Positions 21,201-33,097 of a stretch of DNA of 64,000 nucleotides are shown piece by piece; the stretch's first letter is position 1, and each line of letters begins with the position of its first letter. A program made the translations under genes and the position numbers. The notes under the pieces were generated by a model, which saw only the letters and a program-made list of their open reading frames with translations, did no database searches and had not been told where the DNA came from. This DNA is from Raja brachyura. Taxonomy: Eukaryota. The DNA is taken from positions 135,842,001 to 135,906,000 of the forward strand of contig OY740782.1 of the NCBI GenBank assembly GCA_963514005.1, written 5' to 3'.

Positions 21201-23342
21201 TCATCCTAAACTCCAGTGAATACAAGCCCAGTCTTTTCAATCTTTTCTCATTTGACAGTCCTGCCATCCCAGGGTTCAATCTCGTGAACCTATGCTGCAC
21301 TGCCTTAATCACAAGGATGTCCTTCCTCAAATTAGGAGACCAAAACTGCACACAATACTCCAGATGTCTCCAAATAATTCCTCCGCGGCAAGAGAAGCCA
21401 AGATTTCTGTATCTTTGGTTCAAAGAGGAAACTATGGCTATCCAAGTGAAAACAAAGACATCTCACAAAGGAAGGGCAGTCTGCCCAAGAACTAGAGGGG
21501 TATATTCTAATATTTGCTCAAGTTTGAAGAAAAATGGAGGATGCCAAATCAGGCTTGGATTTGGCTAGTCTGATCGTGTGGTTTGTATAACCAGTTTTAA
21601 AATGAATAATTGCCATTCAGCAATTTAACTGATTACAGAGGGTTTAGGGGCCTCAATCAACCTTGAAGATGTATACCTTTCCATATCAATATATGAGAGT
21701 TTTATGGCAAGGCCAGTTTTGGAAATTTTAGGTTTTACCTGAGAGGTTGACTTCAGTCCCAGGCTATTAAAAAAAATTCTAAAGTTAATGCTGTCCTACT
21801 CAGATCTAAAGGGCATTTTATCATGGAGTTTATAAACGACATGAATTATAGTAGTGCCATTTTGGCCTACTCAACCAGGGCTTCCATTATCGCTAAGTCT
21901 GCCGAAAGAAACCCCTATACTTGCTCCAAGACACGACTGGTGGCTAATTCAGCCTATTTCTCGTGCATCTATCATTGCATGGTTGTATGGAAAGTTTGTG
22001 AAGAGATACATGTGAGTTACTCCAAACAAAAAGTAGCAGAGGTTTGTGGTTCTTTCAGTTTGGGTTTAAGAGAAGCGATTATGTTGTAGCGCAATTGACA
22101 CTGCTCTTGCTGCTTTGTCATTGTATCTAGTTCTACAAGTGGGACAACAAATGATTGGTTATTCACCCACTAGTAACTAAGGTTATGAAAGGTGTCGGTT
22201 ATATGAACACTCTAAAGCCTAGATTCAAAGTAGTGTGGAATGTGTGATCAGTATAAATTATTATGCAGATATTCATCCACTGTATTCCTAATGTTCGAGC
22301 AGTATCTTTTGAGTTAATTATGCTTATGACAACTGATTTCAGTACAAAGAGCACAGTCTTTACGCGATCTCCGTCTGGATCTTTGGGTCATATCTGACAT
22401 AAGGATAGCCTTTATGAATGAACTCATAAAGCAAACTGGCACGGTTGGGTAAGTTGGAGTTGGCAGCATACCCACCGGATCGGAGATTGTGGGTGTTGAT
22501 TATGTAAAAAGATACACTGAGCTTACTAGTACCCTATGAAATGAAGGATAGTTTCTTCATAGTTATTTAGTAATTTCACAAAAGATTTTTGGTACAGACT
22601 ATTTCAAGATGGAAAGAGTGTAAGCAGCTAAAGGCGGGAGAGAATTCAAATAATTTCAAGTCTCACTCTACCAGGGTGGCTGGCTCGTTAGCAGGGAATA
22701 GCATGGATTTTCCCCTTTGATCATCTTCTTGCAACAGCAGGAGGCTCAGATAAGCGCACTTTCAGAAGTTATAAAATTTCGTTGAAGATGTCTCCATGGT
22801 TGCAGATAGAATTCTGAACAGTGTTGCATGAGCTATTGTCTAACCCAAAGGCAATTGGGACTGTGTTCCGATTAAGGGCAATGTACATGTATGTAAGTTA
22901 GCATCATGTTGTTAATAGCCCATGTCTTTTCTACCATTTATGGTTTATCTGTTTAAGTGTTTCACACACAGATTAGTTTACTGCATGAAACCACAGAGCT
23001 TCGAAGGCTTCACATAGTCTAATCACGAGACTTCGATATAAAATAGAAAGATTAAACGAGAACTTACCATTTGAAGTTTGATCTTTATTTTATGAGAAGT
23101 TGAAGTGAGGGACTACGTGCCCTCCACTCCCAACCCTGAATTTATAAAGATCATTTGGTAAGTTAAGGGTTATTAAACTTTCTATGGTTTAGGTTCGTGC
23201 AAGTGGTCTGTGGTTTCATACAGTTGCTCTGAAGACTGACGCGCATGCAGGCTGGTGGGTTCTTCACGTAGTCCCTCACTTCAACTTCTCATAAAATAAA
23301 GATCAAACTTCAAACGGTAAGTTCTCATTTAATCTTTCTATT
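18216..23342 (+). mobile_element. Second, highly degenerate DIRS1-type retrotransposon
   Basis: Left end ATTTTATATCTAAGTCTCGTGATGAGACTACGTGAAGAACC; ICR ~23010-23120 complementary to both ends; right ITR plus extension ~23236-23342. Decayed gag (~19130-19750), RT (~21380-21860) and YR (~22090-22830) remnants. Confidence 0.85.
20806..21370 (-). mobile_element. CR1 3' fragment inserted in the second DIRS
   Basis: (AAACATAG)n tail; HLEYCVQFWSPNLRKDIL...LGLYSLEFR. Confidence 0.85.
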
Positions 23343-24623
23343 AAATAGGAAAGTACCTTCCTCATATGACACTGGCAGTCAGAAGGTCATTCATTGCTTC
23401 AAGAGAACGGGGATTGGTGCCGAAGTTGGCCTTACCACAAACAATAAAGAAAATAGCAGATAAAATCTGCAAGACACAAGGAATTGCAGAGAATCTTGAG
23501 TAAAAGTGCTGAAGTAACGGAACAGGTCAGGCAGCATTTCTGGAGGACATGGAGAGGCAACATTTCGGGCAATGACCCAAACAACTTTTCAAAAACCGTA
23601 CAAGAAAGAGAAGAATCTCCACTAGGGTTCGAATAAATGTCCCCATAATATGAAAATAAGGCATTGCACACAAAGTACAATGGTACACAGAAGTGAACTT
23701 AAATTACAGGTAAACTGGTATTACTTGTAGGTGAAAAAATGAAACTAAACTTCCAGGATGCTGGCACAGAATGAAAAAAACTTAAGTTGTGAGCCATGCT
23801 GTTTGAAGATCTACATTGATTGTTTCTTCCCAGCCGCCTTTGGAAAGCTGATCATGAATTATCATCTTGAATCGCTAATACTTCTCAATCAAGCCCTGAG
23901 GATCAAGCATGACTTATTTCCACTTTCATTTTGTGGATTCAGAGATGGAAAATGAGAACAATGTTGGAACTGTAGACTCTTTAATTGACTGGGAAGAAAA
24001 TGGCTGCATGCTTCGTGTTATCCTGAATGCTCCTTCTACATCTTGAGTGGTTAGAAGCCAATGATTGTGATGAGTCAGCGAGGAAGTTGCATCTCTACAG
24101 GGAAGCTTTGAGAATATCATTCAACAGTTTTGTCTGCTTTCCTTGTAAACTTTTCTCAGAAGAGAAAGATTATTTTTGAAATCTGGTTTCAAGCACAAAT
24201 CTGACCTGGCCTGCCTAGTATGCCTGACAACGCGTAACATACACGGAAGGTACACTTACAACACTGTAAAGAAGAAATTCCAATATTTTAACCTGGCAGG
24301 CTTAAAGGAATCACAATGAATATTTAAATTGTGTGCGACTTAGAAATGGATTTTAATGCAGTAGAACCTCCAACAGAAAGATCTCACTCGAATTAAGTAT
24401 TCATTGTGACTCCTTTACGATACGACACAATATAATTTTATTCTTCCCCAGTCTGCCAACAGTCATAACACACAATAAGGTACACGAAAACTTGAAGTTT
24501 AAATTAATTAATTAAATCCATTGTTCTTCACGGCGGGCTCCCACCCAATTGCCAATTGCTCATCATTCGAACTGTTACTATACTTATACTAAAAATGATT
24601 AGTTAATTTAACTGAAAAGCGCA

Positions 24624-25265
24624 TTGGCGCCAGCAATGGCTGCCTCGCCAACAGTCTGTCTGCCCCTTACTTCTTTGTTGTTCTTTTAGTATGTGTTAAA
24701 TGTATGTTAGTGTTCCTTAGCTTGTTTTATGTGGGGGGTGGGGGATGGGGTTGGGGGAAACTTTTTAATCTCTTACTTCAACGGAGATGCGATGTTATTC
24801 CATATCATATCTCCGTCTACACTGCGGTCTAACATTGAGGAGTTGGCGGCCTTTGCTGGAGATCGAGAGATCCACCGAGAGAGCCGGCAGACTTTAATAT
24901 CATGGAGTTAGTGATCCTTTTATCATGGATTGACCTCTGAGCTCTACTGCGGGAGCTGCGGACTTCGGGAACCAAGTCGCAGGAGCTTTGACTGCCCTGA
25001 CGCGGGGGATTCAATCGCCACGACGCGGGGGTTTCGATCGCCCCGACGCGGGAGCTTCGACCGCCTGCTGCGGGAGCTTCGATCGTCCTGACAGATGATT
25101 CGACCGTGGGAGAAAAATGAGGGAAGAAGATTGGACTTTATTGCCTTCCATCACAGTGAGGAATGTGGGGAGTCAGCTGTGGTGGATGTTTATGTTAACT
25201 TTTATGTAGTTGTGCGTCTTTTTTGGTATGGCTATATGGTAACTCGCATATTACTGTACCTTGAT
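24624..25265 (+). mobile_element. Unclassified non-autonomous repeat with short internal tandem repeats; relative of 33098-34312
   Basis: Shared 5' segment, repeated GCGGGAGCTTCGA-like units at ~24948-25105, and shared block TTGCCTTCCATCACAGTGAGG...CTGTGGTGGATGTT. Confidence 0.55.
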
Positions 25266-26031
25266 TGAGACCTTTGAATGTCCCGACGTGTGAAAGATGT
25301 TATAAAAAGGAAACTCTTTCCTGATATTGTTAGGGAGCTGTCGGAACAAAGCCTTTGAAGAAGGGTCTTGACCTGAAACGTCACACATATCCATTGCTGT
25401 GTTTGGAAGGGCCAGCTTTCGAGGCATAGGAGGCTGAGAAGAATATAATAGGGTGTCCCATTTATAGCCATCGACATCAGCATCAATAAAACCAAGGGCA
25501 TTTATTCTTAAACCAACATCAAAGACAGATGAATAAATCAGTCAGCCGTAATTCCTTTGTAAAAATTGTAGATGCTTGTTGCGATTGCGCAGGAAACACT
25601 AGAGAAAATAATAAGCACTGAAATGTTTTTCATCCATTTCTTAAAGGAGTTGGTTAGTTTGTTGCCTTCCTGGTCACATTCCAAATAGGACAGTGAAAGC
25701 CACTTTCATGGAGATTAATGCAAACATTGTGACCAGGCGCAATATGTGATTTATGTTCTTACAAGTAAGGTTGCCCTTATAAATAAGTTATGACCACCCC
25801 GGAGACAGTGAGATATAAATCATACTCTCAGACGAGAAAGTTATAAAACCAGCTCGGCATGCTTTATTTGTGAAACAGTGGTCAATGTTTCTAAATATTT
25901 CCTTCCATTTTTAAAATTCATTTATTAGGTGTGAGGGACACGAGCAAAATCCACATTCATTCTCAATCCCTAGCTGCCCATCAAATATAGTGCTAAACTG
26001 TCACTTGAACCACTGCAGCACGCTCATAGAG

Positions 26032-27061
26032 TGGCAATGTTACAAAATTTTGAGATTTAAAAAATCAAGTCTGCAATTTATCCCATCAGATAAAGCATAA
26101 AAATAAGTTTAATTTGACACCTAATTTACTTTCATATCTTCAGTATTAAGAAAGTTATGGCCATTTTCATACTCGGAAATTAGCATCTTGCTCCCCATTG
26201 CCTTTCAATTGACTTAACTCAAAAGCTGTGATCTGGAAAAGTTAAAAGCCCATAACTTTCTTAAAAATTAAGAGAACTCAATGAAATTTTCAGTTATTAT
26301 AGATTGAAGCATTCTGAAACAAATATTAAACAATCTTACTTGGATTACCTGAAATTAAAGCATATAATTAGTTAGTTATCTAATTGTAGCTAATTACAAA
26401 ATTCAATGAGTAGATCTAAACATCTATCCATTTCTTAAGAAAAGATAAACTTTTTTTAAATTGCCTAAGTGTCCAAATAACATTCACACAATAATCCACA
26501 ATATAACATAATTTTTAAATCTCATTTTCATGAATTTCTGGGCCAAATGGAAGGAATTTAGTGCTTGATTCCTGTAAATTAATGGCCATTTAAATCAACT
26601 AGCGAGCGGGTTTTAGTGGAATGCGGTGGATTGGAACGTTGCGGTTAGCGGTGAAGTCGGGAGGAAAAATACTGTTTGTTCATAGATTTTTTGGGACCCC
26701 ATTTCGCAACATAAAAATATTATTAAAGCCTCCCGAAAAACCAACTTTTAATATAAAAATAAACTACCTTTTTTTCTCCCCTACGGAAAATCCTTCCGGT
26801 TGTCAGCGCTCACGGCTTTTGAAGGTGATTTTTAAATTACTCTAGTTAATAAATAATTTAGAGTAATTTAAAAATACCTTCATTGATGAAATGTCGGAGC
26901 GATTTTTCTTCTGCAACAAAATCGCCCGACATTCATCGATTATCCCAGTCTGTCGAAAAACGGCACTTTAAGCCCGCCCCCCTCTGAAAGGCGCCAAAGT
27001 CGCGCACACGGGGAACGGCAGAACTGCAGCGCCGCTAAAGGTAAGTTTTGCAACATACCTA
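26032..27061. mobile_element. Non-autonomous DNA transposon, superfamily uncertain
   Basis: Flanked by direct repeat CATAGAG(T) (26025-31 and 27062-68); imperfect TIRs TGGCAATGTTACAAAA / TTTTGCAACATACCTA; AT-rich interior. Confidence 0.65.
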
Positions 27062-27272
27062 CATAGAGTGATGGATCTCACATATAACTCTTACATGGGA
27101 CGTATGCACAATGATAATAAAGAAGGCCGTTACAAGTATACTGCACTCTTGGGCTGATGACCTTCAGGGAAACCAGACCCTACTTAGTAAACTCCTCAGA
27201 GCTGGACTAGCCTGCCAAGGACTCGTGAAAATGATGTCAATCGTGGACCTCCGTTTTTAGATTCCGAGCCTA

Positions 27273-27566
27273 GTGGCGGCACAGTGGTACAGCGGCAGAG
27301 TTGCTGCCTAGCTCCAGGGACCCGGATTCGATCCTGACTACAGGTGCTATCTGTACGGAGTTTGTATGTTCTTCCCACGACTGCGTGGGTTTTCTCCTGG
27401 ACCTCCGGTTTCCTCTCACCTCCAAAGACGTGCAGGTTTGTAGGATAATTGGCTTCGTAAATTGTCCCCAGTGTGTAGGATTGTACAGGGGTGATCGCTG
27501 GTTGGCGCTGGTTGGTGGGCCAAAGAGCCTGTTCCCACGCTGTATCTCTAAAGTCTAAAGTAAAGT
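27273..27566 (+). mobile_element. V-SINE (HE1-like), full length
   Basis: GTGGCGGCACAGTGGTACAGCGGCAGAGTTGCTGCC head, GGATTCGATCC B-box, V-domain, CTAAAGTCTAAAG tail. Confidence 0.8.
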
Positions 27567-27774
27567 CTTTAACTCAATCTGAACGTTCAGTTAACACTGC
27601 AATATTGGTGTAAACTAAATGAGCCTTTCGAGTTAGAACAGATTTCATTTTAATCATAGTGAGTAAAGAAATGCAAATTTAAGGCTATTTAAAAAAAAAT
27701 TAAAAAGACAATCACTATTTCCAATATACTTTAAGAATTTGGAATTTCAGCAGAAGAAATAAACAATTATTACC

Positions 27775-28020
27775 TTTAGTTTGGAGATACAGTGCGGAAA
27801 CAGGCCCTTGGCCCACCGAATCCGCACCGACCAGCAATCCCCACACACCAACACTATCCTACACATACCAGGGACAATTTATACATACACCAAGCCAATT
27901 ACCCTGCATACCTGTCTTTGGACTGTGGGAAGAAATCGAAGATCTCGGAAAAAACCACATGGTCACGGGGACAATGTACAAACTCCATACAGGCAGCACC
28001 CGTGGTCAGGATCAAACCCA
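27775..28020 (-). mobile_element. V-SINE, 5'-truncated
   Basis: GATACAGTGCGGAAACAGGCCC tail and V-domain, both in reverse. Confidence 0.75.
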
Positions 28021-28890
28021 ATTCTTGGCAAAATCAAAGCTCCATCCCATTATTCATGGAAATAATCAAATGAAGGGTGTGGTGAATTAAAAAAACATTG
28101 CTCCAATTGGTATTCCTTATTGTTAAGGGGGTTCTTTCAAGGAATGGAATCAGCATTCCTTGAAAGCACTCCAGTCATTCATCTCACATTTGGACAGGTA
28201 GAAGAACATAGAAACACGGAAACTAGGTTCAGGAGTAGGCCTTTCGGCTCTTCGAGCCAGCACCGCCATTCAATATGATCTTGGCTGATCATCCAGAATC
28301 AGTGCCCCGTTCCAGCTTTCTCCCCATATTCCTTGATTCCATTAGCCCTAAAAGCTATATCTAACTCTCTCTTGAATCCATCCAGCGAATTGGCCTCCAC
28401 TGGCTTCTGTGGCAGGTACATAGGTGGGTAAGATTTAGAGGGCTATGGGCCATAGGCAGGCAGGTGGAACTAGCTTACATTGGGTATCTTGGTTAGCATT
28501 GACAACTTGTGCCGAAATGCCTGTTTCTGTGCTATATCATTCTATGACTCCAAGTAACCAGGCATAACATTTCTGCATTCACATTAAGAACCAATGCAGC
28601 TTATTTAAAAAAAACCATTTAAAATAAATCAAAGTTATTCCTTGTGATGTTGCTATTGCTTCCAATTTTTTGCAGCGCAGTATGAAAGCTGAAATTACTA
28701 TCCTGTTAATCAACTGATTGTAATTGAGAACATTTACATTAATCTTCTTGTCTGACCTTTAGTTGAGTCCATCGTCAGTTTCAGCAATGTTAATCAACCC
28801 AAGGTCAAATACCATGACCCTGCTGACCATGGGCTCTTTCCCTAATTAGCACGATATCTTCCATTAATAATGCATGTAATATGTTCCAAT

Positions 28891-31638
28891 CATAGAAACA
28901 TAGAAAATAGGTGCAGGAGTAGGCCATTCGGCCCTTCGAGCCTGCACCGCCATTCAATGTGCTCATGGCTGATCATGCGTATCCCGTACCTGCCTTCTCT
29001 CCATACCCCCTGATCCCTTTAGCCACAAGTGCCACATCTAACGCCCTCTTAAATATAGCCAATGAACTGGCCTCAACTACCTTCTGTGGCAGAGAATTCC
29101 AGAGACTCACCACTCTCTGTGTAAAGAATGTTTTCCTCATTTCGGTCCTAAAGGAATTCCCCCTTATCCTTAGACTGTGACCCCTTGTTCTGGACTCCCC
29201 CAACATCGGGAACAATCTTCCAGCATCTAGCTTGTCCAACCCCTTAAGAATTTTGTAAGTTTCTATAAGATCCCCCCTCAATCTTCTAAATTCCAGCGAG
29301 TACAAGCCGAGTCTATCCAATCTTTCCTCATATGAAAGTCCTGACATCCCAGGAATCAGTCTGGTGAATCTTCTCTGTACCCCCTCTATGGCAAGGATGT
29401 CTTTCCTCAGATTTGGAGACCAAAACTGTACGCAATACACCAGGTGTGGCCTCACCAAAACCCTGTACAACTGCAGTAGAACCTCCCTGCTCCTATACTC
29501 AAATCCTTTCGCTATGAATGCTAGCATACCATTTGCTTTCTTCACTGCCTGCTGCACCTGCATGCCTACTTTCAATGACTGGTGTACCATGACACCCAGG
29601 TCTCGTTGCATCTCCCCCTTTCCTAATCTGCCACCATTCAGATAATAGTCTACCCTCATGTTTTTGCCACCAAAGTGGATAACCTCACATTTATCCACAT
29701 TATACTGCATCTGCCATGCATCTGCCCATTCACTCAGCCTATCCAAATCACCCTGCTGCCTCCAAGCATCCTCCTCACACCTAACTATACCCCCCAGCTT
29801 GGTATCATCTGCAAATTTGGAGATGTTGCATTGAATTCCCTCGTCCAAATCATTAATATATATTGTAAATAGCTGGGGTCCCAGCACTGAGCCTTGCGGC
29901 ACCCCACTAGTCACTGCCTGCCATTCTGAAAAGGACCCGTTTACTCCTACCCTTTGCCTCCTGTCTGCTAGCCAGTTCTCTATCCACATCAATACTGAAC
30001 CCCCAATACCGTGTGCTTTAAGTTTGTATGCTAATCTCTTATGCGGGACCTTGTCGAAAGCCTTCTGAAAGTCTAGATATAACACATCCACTGGTTCTCC
30101 CTTATCCACTCTACTAGTTACATCCTCGAAAAATTCTATCAGATTTGTCAGACATGATTTACCTTTCGTAAATCCATGCTGACTTTGTCCAATGATTTCA
30201 CCACTTTCCAAATGCGCTGCTATCCCATCTTTAATAACTGACTCTAGCAGTTTCCCCACTACCGATGTTAGACTAACTGGTCTGTAATTCCCCGCTTTCT
30301 CTCTCCCTCCTTTTTTAAAAAGTGGGGTTACATTAGCTACCCTCCAATCCTCAGGAACTACTCCAGAATCCAAGGAATTTTGAAAAATTATCACTAATGC
30401 ATCCACTATTTCTGTGGCTACCTCCTTGAGTACTCTGGGATGCAGACTATCTGGCCCTGGGGATTTATCGGCCTTCAATCCGTTCAATTTACCCAACACC
30501 ACCTCCCGGCTAACCTGGATTTCACTCAGTTCCTCCATCTTATTTGACCCCCGTTCCACTGCTATTTCCGGCAGATTATTTATGTGTTCCTTAGTGAAGA
30601 CAGAACCAAAGTAGTTATTCAATTGGTCTGCCATGTCCTTGTTCCCCATGATCAATTCATCTGTTTCTGACTGCAAGGGACCAACATTTGTTTTAACTAG
30701 TCTCTTTCTCTTCACATATCTATAAAAACTTTTGCAGTCAGTTTTTATGTTCCCTGCCAGTTTCCTTTCATAATCTATTTTCCCTTTCCTAATTAAGCCC
30801 TTTGTCCTCCTCTGCTGGATTCTGAATTTCCCCCAGTCCTCCGGTAGGCTGCTTTTTCTCGCAAATTTGTATGCCTCATCTTTTGTTTTTATACTATCCC
30901 TGATTTCCCTTGTTATCCATGGATGCACCACCTTCCCCGATTTATTCTTTTGCCAAACTGGTATGAACAACTTTTGTACTTCATCCATGCAGTCTTTAAA
31001 TACCTTCCATTGCACATCCACTGTCAACCCTTTAAGAATCACCTGCCAGTCTATCGTGGCCAATTCACATCTCATACCTTCAAAGTTACCTTTGTTCAAG
31101 TTCAGAACCCTTGTTTCTGACTTAATTTTGTCACTCTCCATCATAATGAAGAACTCAACCATATTATGGTCACTCTTGCCCAAGGGGCCACGCACAACAA
31201 GACTGCTAACTAACCCTTCCTCATTACTCAATACCCAGTCTAGAATAGCCTGCTCTCTCGTTGGTTCCTCCACATGTTGGTTGAGAAAACTATCCCGCAT
31301 ACATTCCAGGAAATCCTCTTCCTCAGCACCCCTGCCAATTTGATTCACCCAATCTACATGCAGATTGAAGTCACCCATTATAACCGTGTTACCCTTGTTG
31401 CACGCATTTCTAATTTCCTGTTTGATGCCATCCCCAACTCCAATACTACTGTTAGGTGGCCTGTACACCGCTCCCACTAGCGTTTTCTGCCCCTTAGAGT
31501 TTCGCAGCTCTACCCATATCGATTCCACTTCCTCCACGCTAATGTCCTTCCTTTCTATTGCATTAATCTCCTCTCTCACCAGCAACGCTATCCCACCTCC
31601 TTTTCATTTTCATCTATCCCTCCTGAATATTGAATATC
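28891..31638 (-). mobile_element. Young CR1-clade LINE, 5'-truncated within the endonuclease domain
   Basis: CATAGAAACATAGAAAATAGG tail, 3' UTR GGGCCGAATGGCCT motif, uninterrupted ORF2. Confidence 0.93.
28973..31585 (-). CDS. CR1 ORF2: APE endonuclease (partial) + reverse transcriptase, 870 aa open
   Basis: EN: VYRPP, MGDFN, ILDWVLSN, SDHNMV. RT: KSPGPD, NYRPVSLTS, YLDFQKAFDKV, GVPQGSVLGP, FADDTK. C-terminus RRLRGDLIETYK. Confidence 0.95.
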   Translation of the reverse strand: MLVREEINAIERKDISVEEVESIWVELRNSKGQKTLVGAVYRPPNSSIGVGDGIKQEIRNACNKGNTVIMGDFNLHVDWVNQIGRGAEEEDFLECMRDSFLNQHVEEPTREQAILDWVLSNEEGLVSSLVVRGPLGKSDHNMVEFFIMMESDKIKSETRVLNLNKGNFEGMRCELATIDWQVILKGLTVDVQWKVFKDCMDEVQKLFIPVWQKNKSGKVVHPWITREIRDSIKTKDEAYKFARKSSLPEDWGKFRIQQRRTKGLIRKGKIDYERKLAGNIKTDCKSFYRYVKRKRLVKTNVGPLQSETDELIMGNKDMADQLNNYFGSVFTKEHINNLPEIAVERGSNKMEELSEIQVSREVVLGKLNGLKADKSPGPDSLHPRVLKEVATEIVDALVIIFQNSLDSGVVPEDWRVANVTPLFKKGGREKAGNYRPVSLTSVVGKLLESVIKDGIAAHLESGEIIGQSQHGFTKGKSCLTNLIEFFEDVTSRVDKGEPVDVLYLDFQKAFDKVPHKRLAYKLKAHGIGGSVLMWIENWLADRRQRVGVNGSFSEWQAVTSGVPQGSVLGPQLFTIYINDLDEGIQCNISKFADDTKLGGIVRCEEDAWRQQGDLDRLSEWADAWQMQYNVDKCEVIHFGGKNMRVDYYLNGGRLGKGEMQRDLGVMVHQSLKVGMQVQQAVKKANGMLAFIAKGFEYRSREVLLQLYRVLVRPHLVYCVQFWSPNLRKDILAIEGVQRRFTRLIPGMSGLSYEERLDRLGLYSLEFRRLRGDLIETYKILKGLDKLDAGRLFPMLGESRTRGHSLRIRGNSFRTEMRKTFFTQRVVSLWNSLPQKVVEASSLAIFKRALDVALVAKGIRGYGEKAGTGYA

Positions 31639-31879
31639 ATACATTCACAAAATATTTAGAGAGAAGATAGACATGGCAACTGTGGAATTGTCTGCATCAA
31701 ATGCCTATCTTATAGTGTACTTTTAACTAACGTTGTGTCAGAAATGAGAACGAGGAACCCACTTGCACATACGTAATGGGGAGAGGTTTGATGTGGATTG
31801 GAATATGTACTGCAGAGTTTTAGATGAGCTCCGGGTTATGGAGGATGGAAAGCAGCCAAACTATCATGCTGGTGATAAC

Positions 31880-32355
31880 ATAGTCATACGGTCTTACAGC
31901 GTGGCAACAGGCCCTTCAGTCCAATTTGCCTAGACCGGCCAACATATCGCATTTACACTTGTCCCACCTGCCTGCATTTGGCCCGTAACACTCTAAATCT
32001 GTCCAATCCATATACATGTCTAAATTGTTTCTTAAGTGTTGCGATAGTACCTGTCGCATCTACTTCCTCTGGCATCTTGTTCCATATACGTACCACCCTT
32101 TGCATGATAAAGTAACCCCTCAGGTTCCTATTAAATCTTTCCCTCCCCCCTCACCTTAAACCCATGTCCTCTGGTTCTCAATTCCCATACTCTGGGCAAG
32201 AGACTCTGTGCCTCGATCCAATCTATTCCTCTCAATATTTTGTACACCTCTGTAAGAACACCCCTCATCCTCCTGCACTCAAAGGAATCGAGTCCTAGCC
32301 TGCTTAACTTATCTCTACAGCTCAGGACCTCAAGTCCTGGCAATATTCTTGTAAA
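31880..32355 (-). mobile_element. CR1 3' fragment (second subfamily)
   Basis: PGLEVLSCRDKLSRLGLDSFECRRMRGVLTEVYKI...RTRGH plus tail. Confidence 0.75.
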
Positions 32356-32469
32356 CGCAGATGAAGAGCAGTGAAGGAGACAGGAGCAGGTGCATGCAAT
32401 GCCACTGAGGTAGAACTAAGCAGCTTTGATGTTGGAATGAATGCAAACATCAACCTTAGGATCCATGTG

Positions 32470-32700
32470 TTAGAATGAACTGCAGAAGTGGGTTTAAACT
32501 GAAGATAGACACAAAAAGCTGGAGTAACTGAGTGGGACAAGCAGCATCTTTGGAGAGAAGGAATGGGTGATGTTTCGGGTCGAGACCCTTCTTCAGGCTG
32601 CAGTCTGAAGAAGGGTTGCGATCCGAAACGTCATCATCCCTTCTCTCCAAAGATGCTGCCTGTCCTGCTGAGTTACTCCAGCATTTTGTGTCTAACTTCA
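32470..32700. repeat. Head-to-head inverted pair of Penelope pLTR-derived repeats with two hammerhead-like cores
   Basis: ...GTTTCGGGTCGAGACCCTTCTTCAG-gctgcagt-CTGAAGAAGGGTTGCGATCCGAAACGTC..., with ~100-bp inverted arms. Confidence 0.7.
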
Positions 32701-33097
32701 GGATCCAAATGGAAGTGAAGGTGTGAATGACTAGGTTCAGCATCAGACGGCAGCTAAGGAGTTGTCCTACACACTATGGACAATTTATAACCTTATTGAA
32801 GCCAATTGACCTACAAACCTGTACGTCTTTGGAGTTGCCGGCTAGTAAAGTGGTTTCAAGGTCTGTGGCACCGTTGGGTTCAATAATGAGCTGAAGGCTT
32901 TCTCCTCATGAAGTGCTTGTTCCTTGACAAGCAGTAAGACAAAATACAAGGTGGTGGTGGGTTAAGCATTCAAGTAGTACCTGATGCGGACTTTCCAAAC
33001 TACGATGATGCCAGGACGAACTATATAGAGGGGGAAATACGATGGGAGACAACAACAGATCTTGTGAGTGTCAGTGTGGGTAAAGGGAGCCGGGGTT

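Noticed and set aside
27153-27180. CTGATGA-CCTTCAGG-GAAAC as a hammerhead ribozyme
   Set aside because: Core boxes and a short helix II are present, but I could not find a matching helix III with an NUH site plus helix I on either side; likely chance or dead.
27273-27340. tRNA genes at SINE heads
   Set aside because: A/B boxes are present but run directly into the V-domain and LINE-like tail; these are SINEs, not tRNAs.
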